This document shows, one piece after another, positions 41,947 to 56,790 of a stretch of DNA of 64,000 bases. Made by a program: the position numbers and the translations under genes. The notes below the pieces were generated by a model that searched no databases, was not told the DNA's origin, and worked only from the letters and a program-made list of their open reading frames with translations. Position 1 is the first letter of the stretch, and every line of letters starts with the position of its first letter. Origin of the DNA: Camelus ferus. Lineage: Eukaryota. The stretch is from contig NC_045696.1 of the NCBI RefSeq assembly GCF_009834535.1, forward strand, positions 7,132,001-7,196,000. The letters are read 5' to 3'.

Positions 41947-43168
41947 TCAAAATAAAAACAAAAACCCTGTAATTTCTACTGTAGTACATCCTACTTCTGC
42001 TCATCAATTCATTCATTCATTTATAAATTATAAATGCAGTGAGGGAGCAGGCGCACTTCAGGCCTGGCACAGGACGAGTGCAAGGGCCATGGCAGGGCCT
42101 GCGGCTAGACCAGACAGGAGGTCATGTGCGGGGACCGGTGGGAGAGAGGGAACGGGAGCAGAGGAAGCAAGGGACCTTCAAGCTGCTCAAAGGACTTTGG
42201 CTATTACTGTGAGTGCGGTGGAAGCCACTGAAGTTTCAGGCGATCTTAATATTAAGCCCATGGAAAAGGTACTATTACAGGGTAATATTATTTATTATTA
42301 AAAGGAAAACAAATATACACTATGGCAGTTACTGCCAAACAGGAGCTCACTAGCTACAGTGAAGTGACTGAAAAGGAAGGCAGAAGGGACAGGTGCGTAA
42401 CACTATTTATTCACAGCTGTATAATTCAGGACAGGTCATTACATTTCATTAGTCTTTCTTGTCTCACGTGTAAATGAGCGGACTGATCATGATCTGCAAC
42501 TTTTAACTTTTCTTTAAAAAACAAACAAAAAAACCAGAACCCCGCAAGTGAATAGTTTCAAAACCCACTGAAAGCCCAGCTCCTCTGACTGTGAGGGAGC
42601 CTGGCCTCTCCCTCCCTTGCCCTCCCACCCCTCCCCGGCACTGCCTCTGACCTTCAACAATCTTCTAAGAACAAAGACTGAAAGCCTGGGGACTAGAAGA
42701 ATCACATTAGTCTGTAGCTCTAACTAGGTTCTCTAGTCCTAATTTGCCCTAAATTATTGAGATCAAATATCCACTAACCCTACCTACTGGTCATTTATTT
42801 TAACTCCAAATCATACCCTCAAAATTTACAGTGACGTTCACACTGTTTTTAGGGCGGCCCTCAATTCTTCAATATCATCTTTTTCTGTTATACTTAAAAA
42901 TCAGTAAAATTTATACCAAAATACTTAATGTTTTCTAATCTAATTTACCGTTCTCCTTCATCAGCAGATTGAAAGATCTCACCTTCTATTTCGTAATTCT
43001 ACACTCACCATTATATAACTGAAAAAATTAAAAATGGATAAAATCAAAACTGACCTAATACTTGAATGATTAAGCTGGTAAACAGACACCTTTTCCTAAA
43101 AACAACTTGAAGATTACACTGTCAGAGGTTAAAAATAAAAAACCATGAAAACAGAAACAGAATTTTTA

Positions 43169-43345
<177 letters not shown>

Positions 43346-45812
43346 TCAAAATAGTATTAATGCCAAAATAAGTTCTTTTAAATTGTGGTCAACATTAGAT
43401 TAAGAATAATACTCTAATATTAACAAAAAAAAAGTTATTATAGTTTCATTTACTGATTTCAACATTAGACTGTGAATGTTATTTAAAGAACTAAACATTT
43501 CAAGGAAGTGGTTAGATCTGTGAAATACAAAATACACAAAATTCAAGCTCTTTCATTTAATTCCATCCTAACTGGTAATCAAGATGTATCTCAAAAATTA
43601 TTCCTTATTAGAAGAAAATATTATTGAGAACAATTTATTTCCCTATTATTCTTTCCTGCTATGGCTAGCACTTGGTTTACCATGAATTTAACAGTTAAAC
43701 TGTATTTAACCTAAATAATTAAGGGTCAAATAAACTCAGTACAATGTAGCTGAAAATTCAGACACCAGCACTATACTAGTCTCACAGACAGATCCTAGAA
43801 ACATGCCACACAGAGATTCAACTGGGAGTTATTCCTGACTAATCACTTCCTCTCCACCCTGTCCCCTCCACCTCGCTCTAAGACTTCTTAGAAAAAGAAA
43901 ATCTTGAAATGTATTATTTTCAATGAAGTAATCTGAGAATGTCTTGAGATCAATTCATCTCCATGTAGCCATTTAGAATTTACATCTAGAAATATCACTA
44001 AAGCAAAGACAGTTTTATTTTAAAAGGGAAAGAAAGAAATAAAATTGTAACTAAACTTCCTAAACTTAACACTCAAACCAGGTGGCCAAGCAGCACAGAG
44101 CTGCTTTCTCAGGAAAGCTTCTATGGCCCCGACCTACAACTCCAGCCAAGTCTCTGAGAATAAGCTTTGCCTCCACAAGCAGCTCAACCTAACCTTAAGG
44201 GCTTCTCAGAGTGAAGAAATTCTAATTCAAAGGGACCAGGAAGAGGAAGAAGTATTACATTTCCAAGTTTTTATAAGCCAGTGGCATCTGTTAAGCCCCA
44301 AAGACTCTCAACTACTGACACTGTCTTATTTCCCAGCTTGTGAAAGGAAGTCGGTCAGCTACCCGAGTAGCAGTTAGGTTATCCACAAGGCTGTGCACCA
44401 GGACCCCCTGAGGAATTTCTGCTGAGACATAATTGCCCTACCATCTTCTAACACTGAGCCAGCAGAACCAGGTTAGGGCCGCCGCACATCTACTTTGTAA
44501 ATGACTTCCAGAGAATTCTGATATACTCACACAGTTTAAAACTTGAGCTAAAGGTACAGTTGTCTCAGTTTGGCTGGATAGTAGTGTTTGACATTAGGAC
44601 ACAATATATGATTTGGTTTAAATAGGAAAACATTTTGCAAGACTAAAACTCTATTCAAATAACTCTCAAGATGGGCATGTATTTTCCATTTACAATATAC
44701 TTTATCCCACAGAGTATCTTCTGATTTTCAGAGGCATCTGAAATTGCAAACTTTGCTTCCTACTCCTTCAGTTTTTAAAAATGTTTTCAATGATTTACAG
44801 CAATCACTACCATAAGATAATTTGCAAAAAATAACAAAAGGACAATCTTGTTAATTGGCCATAAACCTTCATGATTAAATTAACCCACTATATTTAAAAG
44901 CTGGAAAAAAGTTGGACAGGACAGGAAATTCCATGAGTTTGGAAAAACAAGAAATAGAAAGCCAATATGAGATAGTAGTATCTGAATGTTAGTTATGTTT
45001 TCACTTTTTTTTTTAAAGAAATGTAGTTTCAAATACTTACAAGTGAATAGAAATAGCACTTAAAATGAATAAAGTATTATCAGATGGTGACCCTAGTTCA
45101 AGAAGAGAATAACCTACAACTTCTATTTTATATGCAAAACACTGCTAACGTAGCTTTTATAATGCCAAGAATTTTAGGAAAAAATCGCTTTCCTAAATTA
45201 GCTACACCTAAACCAACTTATTGCTATGGACACGTCTGTTTTTTGCACTCTGAAGGAAACTAGTTTGGACGTGTCAGAATTTATATAAGGAAAAAAGGAT
45301 TTAAACATTTATCAAAACAAGTTGATATATATCAACTGTGTAGTTTCTACACTGTATTACCACGTGTGATGCAAAATTACCTGCTTTTTTTTTTAATCCA
45401 TCAGTTTTCGAGGAAAAACACTGCTTGGATCTATATTTAGAGAAATATTTTACAGCAAAAATTCAATGTTCTAGTACTGGAATCTCCCCAAACTTACACT
45501 AAAACCCCTCTTTGGGAAATATAGTTGGAACAAATCACCTAATATTTAACATATTAGTCACCTATTTTCTCTTAGTCTTTTAGCATACACGTAATTTTTT
45601 AAAATAAACTTTGAAAAACCAACACCTTCTAATTGAAAGTATTACTGTTTGCAATTTAAAAGGTATCTCCCCCAAAATAAGTATCACCATAAGTGATTCA
45701 AGTGCTACATTTTAAAGATAACCATCCTGTAATTACCTCCAAACTGTATACAGATTAATAACACTTCAAGTATCTACCTACACTGTTCTACCTATTTCTA
45801 TATTTTAATTTA

Positions 45813-46148
<336 letters not shown>

Positions 46149-48561
46149 TTAAACATACCAATTAAATAATAACATACACATGAACTCACAATTATAATGT
46201 CAAATGCAGAGTGAAAATCAAGTTAAAATTTGGAGATTAGCATTCTGCAGTAAATAGCACATTCTTTAAACAGTTAAAAAATATCTAAGTTGTTTATCTG
46301 CTGAATTAAATAGGTACAGTGTCTGCCAATAAGCAATTTATGATACAAGTACCACCACTGCAAGGCCTTGTGTACCCCTGTTCTCAGGGACCAGACACTG
46401 AATACTGTCATAGTTATTCCAGATAGCTCTGTAGAGAAACTTGTTTCAAATGATACTAAAAATCCAAAATGAAGGTAGCCTTGACAAATGGTTGTTTTAT
46501 ATCATTCCTGTTGAGTTATAGGTGCTCAATTTGGTATGTGTAATAAGTTTTATACTGAAGGGCAATGCTTTAATTTATTGAATGACTTCATCTCATGTGA
46601 AGTCAGTGTTAATACTTAAAGCACCACTTTTTGAAGCAATTTATCGACTACTAAGCCTTTTTAGAGGGTCCATAGTTATAGCAAGTAATATATTCTATGC
46701 TCTTTCTCCATTCATAAGCCTACTTATCATTTCTAGACCATGGCAGGGATCAAATAATCCACATTAAGAAATTATGCTGTGTGGTTTAAAAATTTTTTAA
46801 AAAGTATATTTTTTTTAAGTTCAAAGACTTAAATAAAACTCATCAGAATAAATTATATTGATCAATCACTTCAAAATAAAAAATTATCTGTATCATAAAA
46901 GAGCAACACGACTTCTAGACACCTTAAATTTAATGTATCTACTCTACTGGCAAGGCTAAATCTAGTGGGTTTTTTTTTTGGGGGGGGGGGTTAGTTTTCC
47001 AATATAGAACCTCAGTTTATTGAGACATTGCGCATTAATTCGGCATCTTCCTAAAGAAGTTTAAAACATTCATCCAAAAGAGTATTTGCAGTGACTAACA
47101 CAATTAATGATCATTAAAGTCAGTTTATTAAAAACAAAAATGACAGCCATTATTGTAATATAACCAAGTAGCTAACAGTTCATGTTTTCTTTCAAAAAGG
47201 CAGAATTAAAATGTTATAGTAATGCTATCAATATTTTGTCTACCACTTAAGCAAAAACTCAAAATAAAACACAAGAGTGAAGAAGAAGAAGAGGTGAGGT
47301 ATGTTCAGATGCCTCCTTTATAAGTCAAGCATCCTCAGAATGTCCTTCCTGGCCTTCTAACCCATTGAATGGAAATGTGCCCAGTTTATACAAAGTTGTA
47401 ACTAATAGTGAAGACCAAACATTCAGTGAATTAGACGAGAAAAGGGTTCAAATGCAAATGTTATTACTATGGCCTGTATCAGATGATCTATAAAGACACT
47501 AAGAAGGAAGAAAAATGAATAGGATAAGCTCATTTTATTTCAACAATAAGGAATGAAGGTGTTTCATATATGAAATCTAATCTGAGTCTCTGGACCATAT
47601 ATCTTTAAACATCAGTTTTTTTTTCTATCATTTTGGAGGAAGTAAAGAACCACAACGTCCTCTCCTAATTTATTAAAAAGGAGTTTGTTAATAAAACTTA
47701 ACCTCATGGTTACCAAGTAAACCAGCCAGCATTTCTGAACATGATATGCCTATTTTTAAAAGTCTCTAATTAAATGATCCTAAGATCTCTATCTTAAAAT
47801 TTATAGCATCTTATTTTTATACTTGGCAGCAATCTGTTTCTTCTCGGTGGCATTTCATTTCAGTGTCATCAAATAAAACAATGATGTTTGACTATCACTG
47901 GCGTCTTAGATTTGATTAAAAATAGTATTAGAAAATGTGTAATGAGAAGATAGTTTACCCATATGTCAACTGGCCCTAGAAGTCACTACTTTCATAACTC
48001 TTCTGTCCCTTTTTTTTGTTTTCAGAGCCCTGGGACCTTGGATATGTTACTCTTTGAGACCATCTGCAGTACAAGGATTCTACCACCTTCCTTACAGGAC
48101 TGCTATGACTATTACAGACAATGGAGGAAAAGCACAAGGAATATGGTAGAAGTTCAAGACATGGTGGCTATTATTTCTTGAGGAAGACATTCCAAAAATG
48201 GTTCTATAATCATTAACAACATAGTACCTCACTTCTAATTTCTGAGCTGTATTAGAAACAATTAAAGTTAACAAAGAAATCTCTGGAGCTTAATGCATCA
48301 TTAAAGCAAACAAACGGCACTCATAAGTTGCAAAAAAAAAAAAAAAAAAGAGAGAGAGAGAGACTATTCTTACTTGTTTTTAGACTATGTACCACCTGGA
48401 ACGCCATTCCTAAAGATTTAAAATACTACCGCCAGATCAAGTTAACATATATAGATCTGTATGCCCTCCAACAGAAATAACATTTTTATTCAATCACTTT
48501 AAGATAAAATCAACATTATCATATAAAAATAACCATTAACTCAAATTTTTGGTCTGGGTCA

Positions 48562-48741
<180 letters not shown>

Positions 48742-51700
48742 CTAAAAGAGAAAAAAAATAAATAATACCTATTTCATTAATGAACTTAACAACAATTTAT
48801 AATTCACCTTAATTACACATTTATCTAATTCCCATTTTTCTGACCTTCCTAAATATGAGATTCTATTCATTTCCATTCAACAGCATCCATTTATTAGTTT
48901 ATTGTCACTTTAAGTCAATCTTTTCAATTGGATTTCTTTTGCATCCTTATAGTATTTCTAAACATCCACAAAGTAGATAAGTTTCTTAACAAAATTAGAA
49001 TAACTATTTTCCTCTTTCAAAAATAAATTATGAATGTTGACAAGTGCTTTGGTTTTCCACCTTTCTTACTAAATAACATTATAAAACAATACGTCTGACT
49101 ATTCTTTTAATGAGAGAAGAACTTGGTTTAAGTTCCAAGTATACATGTGAGATATTTAAAAGGTTGTAAGTCATCTGAAAAATGTAGGTAACTTTCTAAA
49201 TTTAAATTAGATTTTCATAGGTATATAAGAGAACTGGTTTACACTAAAAAAAATTTTTTAAATAAGCAGGAAATAAGTTAAAATACCATAATTGGAGGAT
49301 TTTGAGTTTTAAAATGAGAATTAATGCTAAGGAAACTGAAGTGTTCATGAACAAATGACTACACACATCTCATTTTAAATTTTACTCATTTAAACAAGTT
49401 TCACAATGTTCACAAAGATTTACATTAAAAACTAGGAAACAAATACAAAGATAAAAGAAAACTATATCTATACAAATTAGAAATAACCACTATGCCTGAT
49501 TAAATATTCTTATATTTGTAATATTATATAGTCTGAACAGATAATAGCTTTAGACAATTTTCTAGCATATTCAGAAAGTCTGGAGATGCATGTAGAACTT
49601 CAAGTGATTTCAATGTTTTGGTTGAGCATCACTGGATTAGAGGAAGAAAGTGGATGCATGGTCCAAGATCCACATCAGTCAAGGTTATTGTCAATGACAG
49701 ATCATAAATGGTTCAGCTGAAATCAAACTTAAAATAAAAAAATGCAGTATCTCTGGTTTCACCCAATTCTAAAATAAACTACTGCCTACTGCCTTTTAAA
49801 TCAGAGGTGACCCATGTAAACATCTGACCACGACCAAGTGGTTTTGATATTCCTCTCTTTCACTGACCATACTTGACCACATCAAGAGTGGCAGTTTAGT
49901 GCCGAGATCCTAATGGTCTCCAGGACAAAGGCCACTAACAGGGCCCCAACTATTTACTGACTTTGCAAATGGTTAACTGGCTCAGTGGTAAAACAATGAT
50001 TTTTGACCTTGAATTATACATTCCATAGGCAGTTTTCAAGAATACCAATGTCCAGAATTCAGTCAGGGATTTTGAGTTCATTAGTCTGGAGCTTAGGCAT
50101 CAGTCTTCCCTCCCCAACCCCCAACCCCAAAGCTCCCTGGAAATTTTCAATGTGCAATCAGGACTGATAACCACTGGCTTAAGAAATGAAGGAGCTGCTT
50201 ATTTGACAAGGACCTGGCAGAGAATTTAGAGAAAGCCTGACAAAGTCAATAAGGAAGACTTTATTTGGCGAGTGACAGGTCCTGACCCTGAACACACTTC
50301 AGCCTAGGAGAAAGGTGTCCATCAGTCTCATCTGGAAAAATGAATCCTGATGTCAAACAGGCCTGTATTTTCACAAGTATATGATGCTAGCGTGCTCTTA
50401 GAAATCAGAGGATGAGAAGAGGTAAAGGGGAGGGGGAGGATCACTGCGAGCTTGAAGAGTGCGTGCCAGGGAAATCTAAGTTCAAAGAGCAAGCCGCGTG
50501 GCCCCGACTTCACAGTGGGCATCACAGAAGGCAGACGCCGCCCTGCTGGGGGCAACTGCCAGAGCGTCGGTGTGATTTTGAGGGTGGAGACAGAAATCAC
50601 TCCACCCAGCGCATTCACAGCCTTACTTACGTAGGCGGTAGGCCTCAGAAACACCTTTTCTTAAGAGGCTCTGACAGAGAAGTAGAAGTTGCTTCTGACA
50701 AGAATATTTTGATACAGAAGGGCTCCAATAACACTGAGAAACCCCTGACTCAGAAGAAAGAGGTTAAAATCAAGGGAAAAGGCCCTGAATTACGTAAAAT
50801 TACAAAAATTCCTTGACATCATGGAAAGGGGCAGGCATACTGTACACGTGACACCAGGGCCTGGCAGAGCCACCCCAGAGCTGCAGAGCTCTGCTAACAA
50901 CCTTGTTCGTATCTCCTTCAGGTTTCATCGCTTAGGTGTGTCCTAGTCTCAGCCTGCGGCTGCTAGTGGCTTACAGTATTCTTTCTGTCCTAAACACGAT
51001 CAGATTCACACAGGAAAACCTTTCCTCACAGGGTGATAGAGGCGTATTTTGTTTCTCACAGAGCAGGAACAGATAAGAATATGTAGGTTCCACAGTTTAA
51101 GAAAAAACAAAAACAACCCCCCAAATTGTCAAAAAGTCAAAAGCATTTGGACTGCAAATTAATAACTGCTTCACTGCAGAAAAGTTGCAAGGCAATGGAG
51201 AATGGGATGAACAGGAAACCATACCTCAAATAAAACAGCTCTGCGACCCAATGAGACAGGGGGATTTAGGAGCGGGAACAGGTGGGGAAGCCACAGCCCG
51301 AGAAAAGCTTCATGAAGTGCAAGGAGGAAGGACTGACAGCTAAGTCTGGGCTCAGCTGATGCAAGACACTGATGGAGTTAGGCTTTTGTCCTCTGTATTG
51401 GAGCAGGATGGGCAAGTGAGGAGAGGAGAGTTGTGGGTAGAGAGAAGAAGCCAGGAAGGAAGTGAAAAAACCAGGTCCACTGGAGTTCCTTCCTCACTTT
51501 CCTAAGCAGCCGCACTGCCCGAGTGGTCCTGCCCATCAGAACTCCACCAGTCACAGCCTTAGCCACGCTGGCACTGTGGGAGGCCTGAGAATGACATCCT
51601 GGAGACTGTCTGCCCACTCAGAGGCCTGGCAGAGTTAGAAGAGGAGCCGAAAGACAAAGTCAAGGCACAGCCCCTGGCATCCAAGCCTCTGAAAACGTGA

Positions 51701-52129
51701 GAGGGCACCTGCTGTGCCAGCTGAAGATCGTAAGTGTTTTTCTCTTTGAAGAGGAGTATCAGACAGGAACGCAATTATCTCTAACATACATAATGAAGAA
51801 CCACCCACAGACTCCAAAGCCCCTGTGAAAGAGGCAATACTATCTATCAGTGATTAAAATCAACCACTTAGTAAAGTAGTTACCCAGTAGCCTCAGAAAA
51901 TAAGTTCAAAAAAACCAAAAAACAAAAAAACTCCACAAAAAACTGCTCATGGAGTTTTTAGAACTGATGCAGTATTAGTACCTTCATAGAACAACGATAA
52001 TCCAAATACTTACATGTCTGTTGCTGAGATCTATTTACAAACATTAGAAGTGTACTATTGAGAAAAACATGTAACAACATGATTCACTAATACGTCCTTT
52101 CTAACTATAAAATTCAGCATTTTCCATTA

Positions 52130-52345
<216 letters not shown>

Positions 52346-52664
52346 TTAACTGTGTCATTAAAACCACTTGGGGGGGGGGGGGGCGCACACCATATATCAA
52401 GAGTATATATGAGACAAATCTGCTATCGGTAGGAAATAGATGAATTTTTATTCTTTGTAACACACACAAATGAAATGAAGAATTTTCTATAGTTGCTATT
52501 TGAATTACAGAATAACACTAATATATAACCAGGGAAAATTTCTGCAGTAAAATTCCCTTTAGAATTATACAGTTTATACATTTTATAAATAGATGTTAAG
52601 TGACTGGAGCAACGCCTCCCATTCAAGAAGAGTAACAGGACCTGATCTACATTTATTTTTTTAA

Positions 52665-52840
52665 ACCAAGATATAATTTATATACAGTGAAATGGCATAG
52701 ATCTCAAGAGTGTATCATATGAGAGATTCTGGAAAATTGCACATGTTGATGCAATCAACAAATGCCAAACAAAATAAATAACATTTTCAGCCTCCTTATA
52801 TTCAAGTTCCTTCTTGCCCCCTTCTAGTCAATCCCAATTT
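52665..52840 (-). mobile_element. Old L1 3' end fragment
   Basis: agatataatttatatacagtgaaatg...gttccttcttgcccc. Confidence 0.6.
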
Positions 52841-54261
52841 TATTTTTGATCCTAAGGCAAAAGAGTTTAAAAATGGAAGTTTAAATGTATATGAACTGAT
52901 GTTTTACTAATATAAAAGGGGCCTCTGAGACATGCCCAGTTTTTAAGCCTATACCAACACATAAATGAAAAACAGATATGCTCCCTACCTATCCCACACA
53001 CTAAAGGCCATGAACCTTGTGGTTGATCACAAAATGAGTTATTTTCCTTATATCTGTTTTTCTTATAGTTTCTAAGACTAGTAAAAAATAATAGGTAGAC
53101 TAGGCAATAGTCCAAGTGATTGGTAACTAACTGAGGAAGCTGTAAATTACACTGCAAGGAGCAACATCACAAAAATTCTAGTTTACAAGGTGGCAAAACA
53201 GTTAAAAACAAGCTTCAACAGAGTTACTGTTAACAGTTTAACAATTTATCAGATATTAACAAACTGACATTAATAAAGTGTTAACAATTTTATCAGATAT
53301 TTTCAGATAACCAAAAGCTGGTTTGGCACATCTTTTATAACACATTATGTACAAAATCCAATTTAGAAATGTTCCTCATTGAATTCATTCCAATTTTATC
53401 TTGCCACAATGCCACAGTAACATAAATGCTGCCATTAAACAGCATCAAACTATTATAAAATTTATACACACATAAGAACATCTTTTTAGATAAGTGGCTC
53501 TAACACTGGTAGAAGATAAGCCTTCAGTGTGAAAGGATGTACGGCCCCCCGGAAAAGGAAAGAAAGCACAGGCACTCTTCTCCAGAAAAGCTCATTTAAT
53601 AATTAATTACAGAGCTAGAGTTGCGGTTAGAAGCAAGTAACAATCATGCCAGAGGCCTAAGACAACACCAGAAAAATAATTTTTGGAGGCAGAGTCAAGT
53701 TGGAAGATGAGTAATTCAAAGTGCATTTTTTTTATCATACTTACTTCCACCAAAAAGGCTTTCAGATATCTTACAATGAAAAGATACTGATAAAAGAACA
53801 CATATCAATTTAAAAAGAAAATTACATAGATAAACTAGGCCAGATGCCTGTTAATGGGTACTGAATACATCTCAGAGCTTCCTGACATCCACGGCCATAG
53901 GAGAAACAGATAAATGAAAATTTAAGCGAAATTCTAACATATTCAGACTTTTCCAGCGTCATTATTCCCTCCCTTCCCCTTTCTTGGTTTGAAGAGGAGT
54001 TATTATAGAAGTGATAACTCAGCCTATATTAAACATTTTGAAAAAGAAGGAAAGTTATCCATAATTATCTTAATTTTCTGTAGTCCTTGTTAATATGTCT
54101 TTTTTCTTTTACGTAATTATACTATCTATAAATCATTAACTTACCAGTCTTCATAATAGTCATCAATATGACAAATCATTGGGAGTAAAAAATTTTAGTA
54201 TGTTTAAATACATCACAAAATAACTTCTTTCCCCTATTCTATTGCAAGATAGATGGTGTTA

Positions 54262-54426
<165 letters not shown>

Positions 54427-55029
54427 TTAACTATACTGTACTGGCATGAATTCCCTCTTTTGTAACCTGTGTATATGTATTACTTAAAAAAAAAAAAGAC
54501 ATCTACATTAGAAGTTTCAGTTATCTCTTTTAACTGGAATCCAATGAAGACAACCACTGGAAAAATGAATGAAACGAGAAGATAATATGCCCAGCTGCCC
54601 AAGGCTTCAATTCTGTTCCCCAAATTAAACAACAGCATTATAGATATACCCCTGGTTCAGGAGACATGCATGATATGCTGCCCAAGAGGGCTTCTCCATC
54701 ATACAATTAGCCAAGGAAAAACTTCTGAATTATTCCTAAGCCTGACCTGGTTCACAGCAGGCAAAGACTAACTCATCTTCCAGCCTCCTAAGACAAGATT
54801 TTAGGACCCAGCTGGCACCATGGTGCAAGCTGGTCACAGGGCAGAGATGGAGTTTGGTGCTGCAGAAGTGCAGCTCCCAACACCCCGAGAGCCTGCCCTC
54901 CAACAAGCTCTGCCTATAATGTAAGCAAGGCTGAAATCTGCACTCACTTCTTTACCATAATTGAGTAAAGCATGCCCTCCACCTGACGCATCTGAGCTTG
55001 CCCTCCACGTTCCCTTCGCCCCCGCCCTG

Positions 55030-55220
55030 CTGAGTTATCACCACCTGACATGCTAGTATACATTTACTCATTTACTGGTTTTGGTTTGTCCTCCTTCCAC
55101 TACAAAGAAACCTCCATGTGGCACAGGGATTTTGTTCAATGTTGTATTACCTTTGCCTACAACAGTGCCTGGCACATGGTAGGTTCTTTAATAAATATCT
55201 GTTGAATAAACAAATGAATC
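55030..55220 (+). mobile_element. L2 3' end
   Basis: aacagtgcctggcacatggtagg...aataaatatctgttgaataaacaaatgaat. Confidence 0.8.
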
Positions 55221-56544
55221 CATAATACCAGTATCTCTACTTCTGATTACACTAAGAGCTGACCACAAATAAGTTCCAGAGGACACCTTAAAGCTAATGA
55301 AACTTTCTTTTAAAAAACTCATTTCAGCCGTACTCTCAGCGCAACGCTAAACCACGTCTTTCATCAACCAGTAAGCAGTCAGAGTACAACTGTGAGCTTC
55401 CTGCTAGACGGGGGCTGGAGCAGGAACACGAATGTCCTCCATACACAAGCACTCCCAGGGGGGCTGCAACTAGCATGCCAGTGATGCTGGATTGTTGTTC
55501 CCACCCCACTCTGCCACGTGGCAAGCCTCAGTAAAAGGGTTCCCCGTGGGGCTTCTTGCAACCAAGAGATTCAGATCCTCAAAACCAATTAATTACATCA
55601 AGGTACCTACAGTCCCTACCACTAGCCATCCTTGGATTCCTGTCTAGCTCTTTTACAGACATTTATACCAGCAAAATCTACTGAGCCAGGAGCCCCTGAT
55701 GCAGCCCCTTTCAAAGGACACTCTGGTCAATTTGAAGGGCAGAGAGAAAGTAAACACATCACACTAAGGCCTAACAGAAATGTCTGGAGTCTTGGGAAAA
55801 TTAACCAAGTTAACTCACACTAACAAAAAAGAAGAGAGGAGGGTAGCGGTAACAATGGACGCAACAGAAAAGAATCACCATCCCCGCAGCATGAGAAGGT
55901 GGAGGGACCACAGCAGTGAGCAAACCGATTTTAACACTGATTTCCTCTGCATCTACACTCAAATTCTGTAAGTTGTTACCCAGATAGAATATTCACTGAA
56001 TTACTGTATTCAGTTAATGATGATCTTTTCCCATGATCTCTCCTTCTCAAAGTTCCAAATAAGGTTTAAGGGGACAAACGGTGATTATAACTATTTGTCT
56101 GAAAATATAGTAAGACTTAATGAGACAATCTGAATTAATTTTTAAAATACATATTGTTTTATTTTTTTAAATATAAACAGGTACAACTAGACTCACAGAA
56201 TATTTGGCTCTCGTACCAGTCCTTGGAAACTGAAGGAATAGACAATATCAGTATAAGCATGCCAGTTATTTTCATGCGAATGAAGTTGTAAGCATTTAAG
56301 GTAATGAAACAGGGTTCTCATAATCTATTTCCTTTCCTGTTTTTTAAGCACTGGCATTGTTTTCAAGCAGGTAATGTTCTCGGCAAGACCCTTATTGGAC
56401 TACTGGAGTGCAGCCTCACTGTGAGGTTTCACAAAATCCGAACCAGTGAAATACTTCATTACCACTGTAGTAAGAGTTGACAGAAGGTATAACTATCATT
56501 AGAGACAAATGAATTACTTAAGTAGTTAACAATAAAATAATAAC

Positions 56545-56790
56545 TGCAGCAGCAAGTGTTTGCTATACACTGTATTTTGGGCATGCATATTTTTACATCT
56601 TTCATGTAATCTTCTCAACAATCTCACGAAAATAAGTAATGCTCCTGTCACCATTTTATAAATGAGAAACCTGTGTTCCTGATGTAAAATTACTTGACCA
56701 AGGTCCTAGAGCCAGTAAAATAATACAGATGAGAAGAGAACTAAGGCAGTCTCACGCCCAACCCCACGCTCTGAATCACAGCACTGGGCC
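56545..56790. mobile_element. MIR SINE
   Basis: ccattttataaatgagaaacctg...ttacttgaccaaggtc. Confidence 0.7.
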